Assembly (NCBI GenBank): GCA_965231075.1 | Contig: OZ246412.1 | Span: forward strand, 91,903 to 155,902 | Length of the DNA stretch: 64,000 nucleotides | Origin: an uncultured Candidatus Saccharibacteria bacterium | Lineage (GTDB): Bacteria; Patescibacteriota; Minisyncoccia; RBG-13-40-8-A | Reading direction: 5' to 3' | Shown here: positions 28,664-41,178 of the stretch, piece by piece | Layout: every line of letters begins with the position of its first letter | Position numbering within the stretch: position 1 is the stretch's first letter | The notes under the pieces: generated by a model | The model's input: only the letters and a program-made list of their open reading frames with translations | What the model was told of the DNA's origin: nothing | Database searches by the model: none | Translations under genes and position numbers: made by a program

Positions 28664-28882
28664 ATGTGCGAAGAAGTGCGTTTTTTAATGAAGAAGCTGG
28701 AGGCATTGCGCGCTTCGGGCGTGCAGGACGAAAAAACGGTGGAAATGGAAAGGACGCTGGTCATGGAAATCGGCAAGCGAATCAAAAGCGATCCGAGGGT
28801 GCATAAAGCCCTCGAACACGATCCAACCATCGCCAGTCTGATTAATCCTTCCGACATCGAGAAGCACCCCGTACTCACCTGA
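28664..28882 (+). CDS. Hypothetical protein (solitary cassette)
   Basis: TTGAAC-17-TACTGT promoter, GGGAGG SD, terminator overlapping the stop. Confidence 0.6.
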   Translation: MCEEVRFLMKKLEALRASGVQDEKTVEMERTLVMEIGKRIKSDPRVHKALEHDPTIASLINPSDIEKHPVLT

Positions 28883-28925
28883 GTGCGGGGTATTTTTTTA
28901 TTTAAAAACAAGATATAATTAAAAC

Positions 28926-29366
28926 ATGAGCACAGAGTTATTAAAATACGAATCTTATCTGAAAATGATTAAAAATTCAGTGGGAACGAAGATGTTTAGA
29001 AATTTATACCTAAGGGCCGACGGTAAAAAAAATGATGCAACCCACGACGGAATTCTATCTTGTTCTTATTTTGTGTCTAACGTTTTGTTGATTTGGGGGT
29101 TAATTAAAGAGGGGCATGCCAATGTTGAGAGCACAATTAATGATATGCTTAAAAATGGGTGGGTGGAAATTTCTAATGACAAAATTAAACCGGGAGATGT
29201 AATTGTTTGGGAAAAGAAAAAAAGACATTTACATATTGGGTTTTATATTGGTAAGAATAAAGCAGTAAGCAATAGAGAAGAAAAAAAGTTTCCAATTATG
29301 CATAGTTGGGATTATAACGGCAAGAGAAAAATAATTGCAGCATATAGATGCCCACTAAATATATGA
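28926..29366 (+). CDS. Hypothetical protein, NlpC/P60-like
   Basis: SCSYFVS, PGDVIVW, HIGFYIG. Confidence 0.65.
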   Translation: MSTELLKYESYLKMIKNSVGTKMFRNLYLRADGKKNDATHDGILSCSYFVSNVLLIWGLIKEGHANVESTINDMLKNGWVEISNDKIKPGDVIVWEKKKRHLHIGFYIGKNKAVSNREEKKFPIMHSWDYNGKRKIIAAYRCPLNI

Positions 29367-30352
29367 AAATTTTAAAAAAAATTATATTAATTTTAATAAT
29401 AATCGTTGTTGGACTATTTTTATATTTATTTGTTGGGACAACTAAGCCAGCAGAAAATATTAAGTGGGGGATAACTTTTAGCAGGGGATATGCCAGCGAT
29501 TTCGAATCCGATTGGCATAAAATGTTTTTATCAATTTTAAATGATTTGGGTGTTAGAAATTTTAGATTAGTCGCTTATTGGGACGAGATCGAAAAAGAAA
29601 AAGGAAAATACGATTTTTCCGATTTAGATTGGCAGGTAAATGAAGTTTCTAAAAAGGGAGGAGAAATAGTTTTGGCGGTAGGCAAAAGATTACCGAGATG
29701 GCCAGAATGTCACGAGCCTGAATGGCTGAAAAGCGAAAACCAAGAGACACAAAATCAAAAATTGTTTGATTATATCAAAACCACAATTAATCGTTATAAA
29801 AACAATCAGAACATAAAAATCTGGCAAATTGAAAACGAACCGTTTTTAAGAACTTTTGGAATTTGTCCAAAATTAGACAAAAAAGTTTTAGATAAAGAAA
29901 TTGCATTAATTGAAGAGCTAGATGCGTCGAAAAAGATTATGATTACCGAGAGTGGAGAATTTAGCACTTGGATCGGTGGTGCGAGAAGAGCCGATATTGT
30001 GGGGACATCAATTTATCGAACAATTTATGGAAAATTGGGCTATATAACCTATCCAATTCCAGCAGTTTTTTATCACCGCAAAACGAATTTAATAAAATTG
30101 TTTTTTAAGAACCTGGAAATTATTAGTAGTGAAGTGCAAGCCGAACCATGGGGGAGTGTGCCGGTAATTCAAATGACCAACGAACAACGCGACAAATCAA
30201 TGAGTTTTGAAAAATTTAATAAAAATATTGAATACGCGAAGAGAACCGGATTAAATGAATTATATTTATGGGGTGTGGAATGGTGGTATTGGCAAAAAAT
30301 GCAAGGAGATGATAGATATTGGCAAAAAGCCAAAGAATTATTTAATAAATAG
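29363..30352 (+). CDS. Membrane-anchored glycoside hydrolase (GH-A clan)
   Basis: YDFSDLDW, WQIENEPF, ELYLWGVEWW. Confidence 0.75.
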   Translation: MKILKKIILILIIIVVGLFLYLFVGTTKPAENIKWGITFSRGYASDFESDWHKMFLSILNDLGVRNFRLVAYWDEIEKEKGKYDFSDLDWQVNEVSKKGGEIVLAVGKRLPRWPECHEPEWLKSENQETQNQKLFDYIKTTINRYKNNQNIKIWQIENEPFLRTFGICPKLDKKVLDKEIALIEELDASKKIMITESGEFSTWIGGARRADIVGTSIYRTIYGKLGYITYPIPAVFYHRKTNLIKLFFKNLEIISSEVQAEPWGSVPVIQMTNEQRDKSMSFEKFNKNIEYAKRTGLNELYLWGVEWWYWQKMQGDDRYWQKAKELFNK

Positions 30353-30355
30353 TTT

Positions 30356-31264
30356 ATGATAATAGGCGTTGATATTGGCGGGACAAATATTAAAGGAATC
30401 ATTTTAGATGGTGCGAAAATTCGCTCCAAGGTTCAGTTTGCAACAAAATCTAAAACCAATAAAAAAATTCTTTTAAATCAAGTTTTCAAAATTATTAAAA
30501 CTTTAATTAAAAAAGGAAAAAAGATTAATGGAGTCGGAGTGGGGGTAGCTGGACCGGTTGATTTTGAAAACCAAAAAGTACTAGACCCACCAAACGTAAT
30601 TGCCCTAAAAAACCTGGAACTCGGTAAATTAATTGAAAAAGAATTCAAGATTAAAACCCTAATTGAAAATGATGGACATTTAATGACTCTAGCCGAGGCG
30701 ATTAAGGGAGCGGGGAAAAATAAAAAAAATATTGTTGGCATAACTCTTGGCACGGGCGTGGGCGGGGGAATTGTAATAGATAAAAAGATAGTTCACGGAA
30801 AAACCGGTACTGCCGGAGAGATTGGACACATGAGCATTAATAAATACGGTCGAAAATGTAATTGTGGCAGCAGGGGATGTTTGGAGGCGTATGTTTGTGA
30901 AAACGGAATTCGTAAAACCGCTTATGATTTTTTCAAAAAAAGAATCAAAAGTTACGATTTACATCAAATGGGCAAGAAAGGCAACAAGCAGGCAATCGAA
31001 GCTTGGAACGAAATTGGAAAATCTTTGGGCCTAGGACTAGCGAACATTGTAGATATTTTTAATCCAGAAATAATTATTATTGGTGGTGGAATTGCGCGTG
31101 GAGCGGGGGAACTTTTAATAAACCCCACAAAAAAAGAAATGCGCAAAAATGTTTTATCGGAATCAGCGAAAAGAACACCAGTGGTTTTAGCAAAATTAAA
31201 CGAATATGCTGGTGCAATTGGCGCAAGTTTGTTATTTGATCAATTAAATAAAAAACATGAATAA
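30356..31264 (+). CDS. ROK family sugar kinase (glucokinase-like)
   Basis: GVDIGGT, TLGTGVGGG, GEIGH, CNCGSRGCLE. Confidence 0.92.
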   Translation: MIIGVDIGGTNIKGIILDGAKIRSKVQFATKSKTNKKILLNQVFKIIKTLIKKGKKINGVGVGVAGPVDFENQKVLDPPNVIALKNLELGKLIEKEFKIKTLIENDGHLMTLAEAIKGAGKNKKNIVGITLGTGVGGGIVIDKKIVHGKTGTAGEIGHMSINKYGRKCNCGSRGCLEAYVCENGIRKTAYDFFKKRIKSYDLHQMGKKGNKQAIEAWNEIGKSLGLGLANIVDIFNPEIIIIGGGIARGAGELLINPTKKEMRKNVLSESAKRTPVVLAKLNEYAGAIGASLLFDQLNKKHE

Positions 31265-31892
31265 TCAAAAAATATATATTATAGTAATTTTAGTTTTATT
31301 ATTGGTTGTGGCGTTTTTGATCTATAATCAATTTTTCAAAACAGACAGGATAAACAATACACCTCAAGGAGCTCCAGGAGAAGAGTTGGTTATTGGTAAC
31401 CAAAAAGCACCGGTTACAATTATAGAATATTACAGTTATTTATGTGGGTATTGTAAAATATTCGAAAATCAAACCATGCCCAAATTGATGAAAAACTATA
31501 TCACTACAGGAAAAGCGAAATTAATTTTAAGACCATTCCCGCCGTATGAACTGGTTGAAGCGGTTTTTTGTGCCAATGATCAAGGCAAGTTTTCTGAATA
31601 TCACAATTATCTTTTTGCTAACAACGACCAGATAAATAGCATAGATATTTTAAAAGCTTTTGCCAATAACCTAGGGTTAAACAAGGACGAATTTGGCGAC
31701 TGTATAGATTCACGAAAATACAAATCTCGCGCCGAAGGAACATATAATCAGGGCAATAATGATTTTAAAAAAGCCAACATTCCCACCGACAAACAAGGCA
31801 CGCCAACATTCTTTATTAACGGCGAAGCAATTATTGGCGCTGTTCCGTATGATGACTTTGTGGAATTAATTGAAAAAAAACTGGCCAATTAA
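31257..31892 (+). CDS. DsbA/thioredoxin-fold protein
   Basis: CGYC, GTPTFFING, N-terminal TM segment. Confidence 0.88.
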   Translation: MNNQKIYIIVILVLLLVVAFLIYNQFFKTDRINNTPQGAPGEELVIGNQKAPVTIIEYYSYLCGYCKIFENQTMPKLMKNYITTGKAKLILRPFPPYELVEAVFCANDQGKFSEYHNYLFANNDQINSIDILKAFANNLGLNKDEFGDCIDSRKYKSRAEGTYNQGNNDFKKANIPTDKQGTPTFFINGEAIIGAVPYDDFVELIEKKLAN

Positions 31893-31894
31893 TC

Positions 31895-33898
31895 ATGGAC
31901 AAAAAGCAAGCCAAAGAAAGAATTGGGAAACTAAAAAAAGAAATTTGGAAGCACAGTTATGCTTATCATGTTTTGGATATGCCAGAAATTTCTGACGCCG
32001 CTTTTGATTCATTAAAAAATGAACTAGAAGAATTAGAGTATAAATTTCCCGAATTAATTACTTCTGACTCGCCAACTCAACGCGTTAGTGGGGAACCGTT
32101 GGATAAATTTCAAAAATTTCATCATGCCGCACCCATGCTTTCTTTTAATGACGCATTTAACAAACAAGAAATGCTTGATTGGCAAAATCGAAATAACAAG
32201 ATCGTTAAAAATTATGACAAAAATGGATATTATTGTGAATTAAAAATCGACGGCTTGGCAATAGAATTAATTTATGAAAAAGGAATTTTAAAAACCGGCT
32301 CAACCCGCGGAGATGGAATAATTGGTGAAGACATAACGCAAAACTTAAGGACCATTGCAAGCATTCCTTTAAAATTAATGAGCCAAGCCCCCGACAAATT
32401 AATTGTGCGTGGAGAAGTTTATTTAAAGACTAAAGAATTCGAAAGAATCAACAGGGAACTTGCACAGAAAAAAGAAAAAACCTATGCTAACCCCAGAAAT
32501 CTGGCTGCTGGTTCGGTTAGACAACTGGACGCCAGAATAACCGCACAACGCAAATTAGATTTTTTTGCCTATGCCCTGATCACTGACATGGGTCAAGAAA
32601 AACACCAACAAGAACATAAAATTTTAAAAGAAATTGGTTTTAAAACCGTACAATATAATAAGTTTTGTCTCAATCTCGAGGAAGTGGAAAAACTGAAGGA
32701 TTATTGGGAAATTGCTAGAGAAAAACTGGATTACGAAATTGATGGATTGGTTGTAATCACTGACGAAAATTCAATGTTTAAAAAATTGGGTGCGGTAGGT
32801 AAGGCGCCTCGAGGAGCAATCGCGTATAAATTTTCCGCTAAAGAAGGAACGACGATTATCGAAGACGTGATTTGGCAGGTTGGCAGAACGGGAGTTTTAA
32901 CTCCGGTAGCAGTATTAAAACCAGTAGATATTGGCGGAGCGACAATTTCACGAGCAACACTTCACAATTTAGATGAAATTAAAAGATTAGAGATAAAAAT
33001 AGGGGACACGGTAATTGTTGGTCGGGCAGGTGACGTGATACCCGATATTATTAAACCACTAAAAGAATTGCGGAACGGAAAAGAAAAAAACATAAAAGTT
33101 CCCTTAACTTGTCCAATTTGTGGTTCGAAAGTGACAAAAATTGGCGATGAAGTTGCTTATCGGTGTGCAGACAAAAATTGTGGTGCGATTCAAAGAGAAA
33201 AAATTTATCATTTCGTATCCAAAAAAGCATTTAATATAATGGGTCTCGGACCCAAGATTGTTGACAGATTTTTAGACGAAGGGTTGATCAAGGATTCTGC
33301 AGATTTGTTTTCATTAAAGGAAGAGGACATAAAACACTTAGAACGTTTTGCTGAAAAATCCGCTGAAAACATTATTAGATCGATTCAATCAAAGAAGGAG
33401 ATTAAATTAGAAAAGTTTTTGTTCGGTTTGGGGATTTTGCAAGTAGGGGAAGAGACGGCGTTTGATTTGGCAAGGGTTTTTGGAGACATAGAAAAAATTA
33501 AAAATTCTTCGATAGAAGAATTAGAAAAAATAAACGATGTCGGACCAAAGGTTGCAGAATCAATACATGCTTGGTTTAGAGAAAAAAAGAACTTAGAATT
33601 TTTGCAAAAACTTAATAAAGCTGGTATAACTATAATAAATCCCCCCATCACGCCAAGGCTTCGCGGGGCAAGTAAAATTCAAAACAAAGTATTTGTTCTA
33701 ACTGGGGAATTAGAATCAATGACCAGGGACGAAGCTAAAGAGAAGATTCGTGATTTAGGTGGCGATGTTTCCGGATCAGTTTCCAAGAATACAAGTTTCG
33801 TAGTCGCCGGATCGGAGCCGGGAAGTAAGCTTGAAAAAGCGCAGAAATTGGGCGTTAAAATAATAAGCGAAAACGAATTTTTAAAGTTAATAAAATGA
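31895..33898 (+). CDS. ligA: NAD-dependent DNA ligase
   Basis: ELKIDG, Zn finger, C-terminal BRCT domain. Confidence 0.97.
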   Translation: MDKKQAKERIGKLKKEIWKHSYAYHVLDMPEISDAAFDSLKNELEELEYKFPELITSDSPTQRVSGEPLDKFQKFHHAAPMLSFNDAFNKQEMLDWQNRNNKIVKNYDKNGYYCELKIDGLAIELIYEKGILKTGSTRGDGIIGEDITQNLRTIASIPLKLMSQAPDKLIVRGEVYLKTKEFERINRELAQKKEKTYANPRNLAAGSVRQLDARITAQRKLDFFAYALITDMGQEKHQQEHKILKEIGFKTVQYNKFCLNLEEVEKLKDYWEIAREKLDYEIDGLVVITDENSMFKKLGAVGKAPRGAIAYKFSAKEGTTIIEDVIWQVGRTGVLTPVAVLKPVDIGGATISRATLHNLDEIKRLEIKIGDTVIVGRAGDVIPDIIKPLKELRNGKEKNIKVPLTCPICGSKVTKIGDEVAYRCADKNCGAIQREKIYHFVSKKAFNIMGLGPKIVDRFLDEGLIKDSADLFSLKEEDIKHLERFAEKSAENIIRSIQSKKEIKLEKFLFGLGILQVGEETAFDLARVFGDIEKIKNSSIEELEKINDVGPKVAESIHAWFREKKNLEFLQKLNKAGITIINPPITPRLRGASKIQNKVFVLTGELESMTRDEAKEKIRDLGGDVSGSVSKNTSFVVAGSEPGSKLEKAQKLGVKIISENEFLKLIK

Positions 33899-34185
33899 TA
33901 AGCAAAGAACAAATTGAACATATTGCCAAACTGGCAAGAATAAAATTGACGGACAAAGAAGAGGAAAAATTTTCTAATGACCTTTCCTCGATTTTAAGTT
34001 ATATCGATAAATTAAACGAGGTTGATACAGAAAACATTAAACCGATTAAACAAATTACCGGACTAGAGACGATAACACGAAAAGATGAAACAACGAACAA
34101 GGATGCTGAAATCGCGAAAAAGACATTAGAACAAGCGCCAGAAAAACAAAATAATTATTTTAAAGTGCCAAAGATACTGGAATGA
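33895..34185 (+). CDS. gatC: Asp/Glu-tRNA amidotransferase subunit C
   Basis: HIAKLARI, YFKVPKIL; upstream of gatA. Confidence 0.93.
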   Translation: MISKEQIEHIAKLARIKLTDKEEEKFSNDLSSILSYIDKLNEVDTENIKPIKQITGLETITRKDETTNKDAEIAKKTLEQAPEKQNNYFKVPKILE

Positions 34186-35618
34186 ACCTAAAAAACCTAA
34201 CAATTGAATCTGCGAGAAGGGGAATGATTAAAAAAGAATTTACTTGTACGGAGTTAGCACAAGCGTGTTTAGATAATATCAAAAAAGACAACAAAGAAAT
34301 AAATGACTTTTTGGAAATTACCGAAAAATTAGCACTAAAACAGGCAAAAAAGATTGACGACAAAATTGAAAGAGGAGAGAAAATAGAAGGATTAGAAGGA
34401 ATTCCAATTGCAATTAAGGACAATATTTTGGTGGAAGGATATAATTGTACCGCTGGCTCAAAAATATTAGAAAACCATAAAGCCGTTTATGATGCAACCG
34501 TGATTAAGAAACTAAAAGATGCGGGGGCGATAATTGTTGGTAAAACAAACCTAGATGAATTTGCCATGGGTTCTTCGACTGAAAATTCGGCATTTGGCGT
34601 TGTAAAAAATCCGCTTGATAAAAAAAGAGTTCCGGGTGGTTCTTCTGGTGGCTCGGCGGCAGCGGTTGTAGTGGGTCATTGTTTGGGAGCATTGGGATCT
34701 GACACAGGTGGATCTGTTCGCCAACCAGCGAGTTTTTGTGGAGTTGTAGGATATAAACCGAGCTATGGCACGGTTTCTCGATATGGATTAATTGCTATGT
34801 CTTCGTCCTTAGATCAAATTGGAACGTTTGCAAAAACAGTAGAAGACGCAAAATTAATTTTTGATACCATAAAAGGGAAAGACGAAATGGATTCCACAAC
34901 AATAGACGAGACAAGATACAAGATACAAGAGATAAGAGACAAACATTTAAGAATAGGAATTCCGAAGGAATATTTTGCGGAAGGCATTGATTTGAACGTT
35001 AAAGATAAAATTCAAAAAGCCATCAACGTTTTCCAAAACATGGGAGCCGAAATAAAAGAAATTAGCTTGCCATTAACCGATTATGCCTTGGCGGTTTATT
35101 ATATTATTATGCCAGCCGAAGTCAGTGCTAATTTGGCGAGGTTCGACGGAATTAAATACGGATATTCAGAAACTAAAAATCAAAAGTCAAAAGTTAAAAA
35201 TTTACTGGAACATTATCTAGAAACCAGGGCGAAAGGATTCGGTGATGAATCTAGAAGAAGGATAATTCTTGGCACTTATGTTTTATCGGCGGGTTATCGT
35301 GATGCTTATTATAATAAAGCTCAAAAAGTTCGAACTCTAGTTAAAAAAGAATTTGAAGACGCATTTAAAGAGGTTGATGTCATTATTACGCCGACCGCAC
35401 CAACTCCGGCGTTTGAAATTGGTGCGAAAAAAGATCCACTTTCAATGTATCTTTCAGATATTTACACTACACCAGCATCATTAGCTGGCCTTCCAGCAAT
35501 TTCTGTGCCTTGTGGCGAAATAAATAATTTACCAATTGGTCTGCAAATCATTGGACCACAATTTTATGATGAATTTGTTTTTGAAATCGCTCAAATTTTC
35601 AGGCAACTTTACCAATAA
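34182..35618 (+). CDS. gatA: Asp/Glu-tRNA amidotransferase subunit A
   Basis: GGSSGGSAA, GSDTGGSVRQPA, RRRIILGTYVLS. Confidence 0.97.
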   Translation: MNLKNLTIESARRGMIKKEFTCTELAQACLDNIKKDNKEINDFLEITEKLALKQAKKIDDKIERGEKIEGLEGIPIAIKDNILVEGYNCTAGSKILENHKAVYDATVIKKLKDAGAIIVGKTNLDEFAMGSSTENSAFGVVKNPLDKKRVPGGSSGGSAAAVVVGHCLGALGSDTGGSVRQPASFCGVVGYKPSYGTVSRYGLIAMSSSLDQIGTFAKTVEDAKLIFDTIKGKDEMDSTTIDETRYKIQEIRDKHLRIGIPKEYFAEGIDLNVKDKIQKAINVFQNMGAEIKEISLPLTDYALAVYYIIMPAEVSANLARFDGIKYGYSETKNQKSKVKNLLEHYLETRAKGFGDESRRRIILGTYVLSAGYRDAYYNKAQKVRTLVKKEFEDAFKEVDVIITPTAPTPAFEIGAKKDPLSMYLSDIYTTPASLAGLPAISVPCGEINNLPIGLQIIGPQFYDEFVFEIAQIFRQLYQ

Positions 35619-36234
35619 TCCTCAATATATTGATAACGCTGCTAACAATAATCTGGCCGACAATGTTGGCAAGATGGTCGCCAACACTAATGGTAATTAC
35701 GATCAGGTTATGAGGCAGGGGATTGTAAGGTTTATGGCCCAGGCTCGAACGGTTTGGACCGATTTTGGTGCCAGTGTTTTCGATTTTTTTAAGTCCTACA
35801 AATTTAAAGAAATTGTTTTCACGCTAAAGACAATTTCATTAATTTTGTCTTTAATTTTGTTGGCAATAATCATTTATGTTTTTATTAAATCTAATTCTCT
35901 GGGCAAGGCCAAAGTCACAACTATTAATCCGAAGGCTGTCTTTAAAAAGAAAAAAACTCAAAAAAAATGGGCTAAAATTGAAAAAAGATTTAATTCGGGG
36001 AACGAAGCAAATTATAAGTTGGCAATTATCGAGGCAGATAATTTTTACGATGAATGTTTAAAAATCCTGGGTTATGAATCAGAAAAAAATCTTAGCAATG
36101 CGGACGAAGTAAAAAAAGCAAGAAAAATCAAGGGAAAAATAATCGAAGATTCTGATTTTGTGTTGACAACAGGGGACACAAAAAATAGCTTGGATGCTTA
36201 TAAAAAAGGACTGGAAGAATTAAATGTGATTTAA
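35566..36234 (+). CDS. Hypothetical membrane protein (start uncertain)
   Basis: One TM segment, KLAIIEAD motif. Confidence 0.6.
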   Translation: MMNLFLKSLKFSGNFTNNPQYIDNAANNNLADNVGKMVANTNGNYDQVMRQGIVRFMAQARTVWTDFGASVFDFFKSYKFKEIVFTLKTISLILSLILLAIIIYVFIKSNSLGKAKVTTINPKAVFKKKKTQKKWAKIEKRFNSGNEANYKLAIIEADNFYDECLKILGYESEKNLSNADEVKKARKIKGKIIEDSDFVLTTGDTKNSLDAYKKGLEELNVI

Positions 36235-36294
36235 TTTGCGTTTTTTAAATTTCGTGTTATTATTTATAAATCCCGAAAATACGGGATAAGTTAT

Positions 36295-36366
36295 AGCGGG
36301 GTAGAGAAGCAGTATCTCGCCTGGCCCATAACCAGGAAATCGTTGGTGCAATTCCAACCCCCGCAA
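36295..36366 (+). tRNA. tRNA-Met(CAU), probably initiator
   Basis: Anticodon loop CCCATAA; 1:72 mismatch (A/A). Confidence 0.85.
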
Positions 36367-36379
36367 CCTTTTATGGTTC

Positions 36380-36452
36380 GACAGGGTAGCTCAGTTGGTA
36401 GAGCGTGGGACTCATAAGCCCGAGGTCGTGGGTTCAATCCCCACCCCTGTCA
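36380..36452 (+). tRNA. tRNA with CAU anticodon (elongator Met, or Ile2)
   Basis: GACAGGG/CCCTGTC acceptor stem, loop CTCATAA. Confidence 0.88.
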
Positions 36453-36481
36453 TACTTCGACTTGCTCAGTATAAATCTTAT

Positions 36482-36559
36482 GCAGCTGTAGCTTAGATGG
36501 CTTAAAGCGCTTCCCTGTCACGGAAGAGATCGAGGGTTCGAATCCCTTCAGCTGCGCCA
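36482..36559 (+). tRNA. tRNA-Asp(GUC)
   Basis: GCAGCTG/CAGCTGC stem, loop CTGTCAC, encoded CCA. Confidence 0.95.
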
Positions 36560-36656
36560 AATAATTTCACCCCGTAAAGCGGGGTTTAATTATTTGCATC
36601 GATTGTAAAAATTTGCTAAAATTAATATGTAACCAAGTATAGCTTGGCACAACAAC

Positions 36657-36926
36657 ATGCAAATCAAACCTATTAAAAAAAGGCTGTTTATTAAATTAGA
36701 TTTGATTTGGACGCTTGTATTTTTTGTTGGATTTGTTATTATTTTATATTCAGTAAATCCGTTCGAAACCAGTGTCTGGGGGTTAATATTGTTTTATTTG
36801 GTTTTGTTTTGTTTGCTGTTGGGAATATTAAATTTAATAAAAATACTTTTCAGAATTCCGTTTAAATTTATTTTAATAATTGATGTTATAATTATAATTA
36901 TTTTGCTGATAAAAAGTTTATCTTAA
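36657..36926 (+). CDS. Hypothetical membrane protein
   Basis: Three hydrophobic segments. Confidence 0.6.
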   Translation: MQIKPIKKRLFIKLDLIWTLVFFVGFVIILYSVNPFETSVWGLILFYLVLFCLLLGILNLIKILFRIPFKFILIIDVIIIIILLIKSLS

Positions 36927-36964
36927 ATTGATTAAGTAAAAACCGCTGGAGGGCGGGAAAAAAC

Positions 36965-39294
<2,330 letters not shown>

Positions 39295-39346
39295 TTTTTA
39301 AAAAGCTATCTTTAATTAAGATGGCCCTGTGGCCATTTTAAAAACC

Positions 39347-39538
39347 ATGAATATTTTAAATAAGTTAACCAACTATTTAAAAGAGGTTAAGGTGGAGATT
39401 AAGAAAGTAAATATGCCCACCAAACAAGAAACCATCAAATACACCCTAATTGTTATTGGGTTGAGTTTGGTTATTGCGATTTTCTTGGGTGGTTTAGATT
39501 TTTTGTTTACATTTTTGGTTAGTAAATTTTTACTTTAA
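39347..39538 (+). CDS. secE: Preprotein translocase SecE
   Basis: EIKKVNMPTKQET plus one TM segment; upstream of nusG. Confidence 0.9.
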   Translation: MNILNKLTNYLKEVKVEIKKVNMPTKQETIKYTLIVIGLSLVIAIFLGGLDFLFTFLVSKFLL

Positions 39539-39541
39539 AAT

Positions 39542-40087
39542 ATGCCCAAACAAGAAACCACAGGCGAAAGACACTGGTACGCGATTCATACTTATCCTGC
39601 ATCCGAAGATACGGTGGCTTTTAATTTAAAACAGAGAATTGAATCTTTGGGAATGGGTGATAAGATTTTTAATGTTGTTGTTCCTAAAGAGAAAAAAATA
39701 AAAATCAAAGGCGGAAAAAGACAGGTGATTGAAGAGAAATTTTTTCCTAATTATGTTTTTGTCGACATGATTGTAACCGATGATTCTTGGTATGTGGTTA
39801 GAAACACGCCTCGAGTTACAGGTTTTATTGGTTCGGGGATTACTCCTGTTCCGGTTTCTGATGAAGAAATTACCAAAATCTTGAAGGCTGAAGTTAAAGA
39901 AGAGCCAACCTATAAAATTGATGTGGAGATCGGCGATATCGTTAAAATTTCTGACGGACCATTTAAAGACATGGAAGGAAAAATTAATGACGTTGACCAA
40001 GGTAAGGGGAAAATTAAAGTTTTAGTAAATATGTTCGGCCGGGAAACACCAGTCGAATTAGACTTCTTACAAGTAAAGAAAATATAA
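39542..40087 (+). CDS. nusG: Transcription factor NusG
   Basis: [28 protein letters not shown]. Confidence 0.96.
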   Translation: MPKQETTGERHWYAIHTYPASEDTVAFNLKQRIESLGMGDKIFNVVVPKEKKIKIKGGKRQVIEEKFFPNYVFVDMIVTDDSWYVVRNTPRVTGFIGSGITPVPVSDEEITKILKAEVKEEPTYKIDVEIGDIVKISDGPFKDMEGKINDVDQGKGKIKVLVNMFGRETPVELDFLQVKKI

Positions 40088-40088
40088 A

Positions 40089-40514
40089 ATGGCAAAAGAA
40101 ATAAAGACAATAATTAAAATACAACTTCCAGCCGGGGGAGCAACACCTGCTCCGCCAGTGGGTACGGTTTTGGGTCCGCACGGATTAAACTTACAAGATT
40201 TCTGTTCGAAATTTAATGAAGCAACCAAAGCCAAAATGGGCAATGTTATTCCTGCAGAAATTACGATTTATACCGACAGAAGTTTTACATTCGTATTAAA
40301 AACTCCACCCGCAGCTGATTTATTAAAAAAAGCAGCGGGAATTGAGAAGGGTTCAGGAGTTCCCCAAAAAGATAAAGTGGGAAAAGTTACCAAGGCTCAA
40401 GTCAGAGAAATCGCCGAAACAAAAATGCCAGACTTGAACGCGGATGACATTGAAGCAGCCATGAAAATCATCGAAGGCACAGCGAAGAACATGGGAATTG
40501 AAGTGAAAGATTAG
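40089..40514 (+). CDS. rplK: 50S ribosomal protein L11
   Basis: [22 protein letters not shown]. Confidence 0.97.
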   Translation: MAKEIKTIIKIQLPAGGATPAPPVGTVLGPHGLNLQDFCSKFNEATKAKMGNVIPAEITIYTDRSFTFVLKTPPAADLLKKAAGIEKGSGVPQKDKVGKVTKAQVREIAETKMPDLNADDIEAAMKIIEGTAKNMGIEVKD

Positions 40515-40673
40515 CCCTGCGTTAAATTTAAATTTAAACAAATAAAATCGTCTTTTCATTAAGACGATTTTTTTGATTATAGAAAGGCGCAATATGATTA
40601 TTAAGCCCTTGATTTTTTCAAAGGCTTTTGGTACGATGTGGTTGTTAAGCCAAATTTACGGAGGGCTTGATAA

Positions 40674-41072
40674 ATGTTCTTAAAAGAGGAGGACGGCATG
40701 ATAAGCGATACGGTTCGTTTCGAATTGTGGAAAACGCTACTACAAAACCCTAAAGACTTGAATGATTCGGTCATCGAGACACTGCTTCAAGAAGAGAATG
40801 CGAAATGGATAAAAGAAAAGATAAGTTTTCTTTATTATTCATTTCCAAATTATCTCAAACGCATTCAGTCGTATCGTGCCAAAAAGCAGGAAATGAAAAA
40901 ACTTTCCAATGAGGAGCTTCTGGCGATCAGGGCAAAAATAGCAGATCGCAGGGCACATATTTTAAGAACGGTGCCCGATGAAGACCTTGGCGATAGCTTT
41001 TTTGAATTGCCGTCAATGGATTCCGACGAAAACATCGTATACGAGATTCTCGAAGAAAGAGGGATTAGCTGA
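40674..41072 (+). CDS. Hypothetical protein (solitary cassette)
   Basis: TTGATT-17-TACGAT promoter, GGAGG SD, terminator at 41085-41123. Confidence 0.6.
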   Translation: MFLKEEDGMISDTVRFELWKTLLQNPKDLNDSVIETLLQEENAKWIKEKISFLYYSFPNYLKRIQSYRAKKQEMKKLSNEELLAIRAKIADRRAHILRTVPDEDLGDSFFELPSMDSDENIVYEILEERGIS

Positions 41073-41178
41073 GCATCGAAATCTCCCGTCAATTAGCGAA
41101 AGCGGTTGACGGGTTTTTATTTTGCGCCACAGAAAAAAAGCGGTTGGAAAAGACCGCTTTTTATGTTATGATAAAAAC

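Noticed and set aside
36454-36478. cttcgacttgctcagtataaat as a REP-like remnant between tRNAs
   Set aside because: Only one short copy plus a partial match near 53506, too little to support a call.
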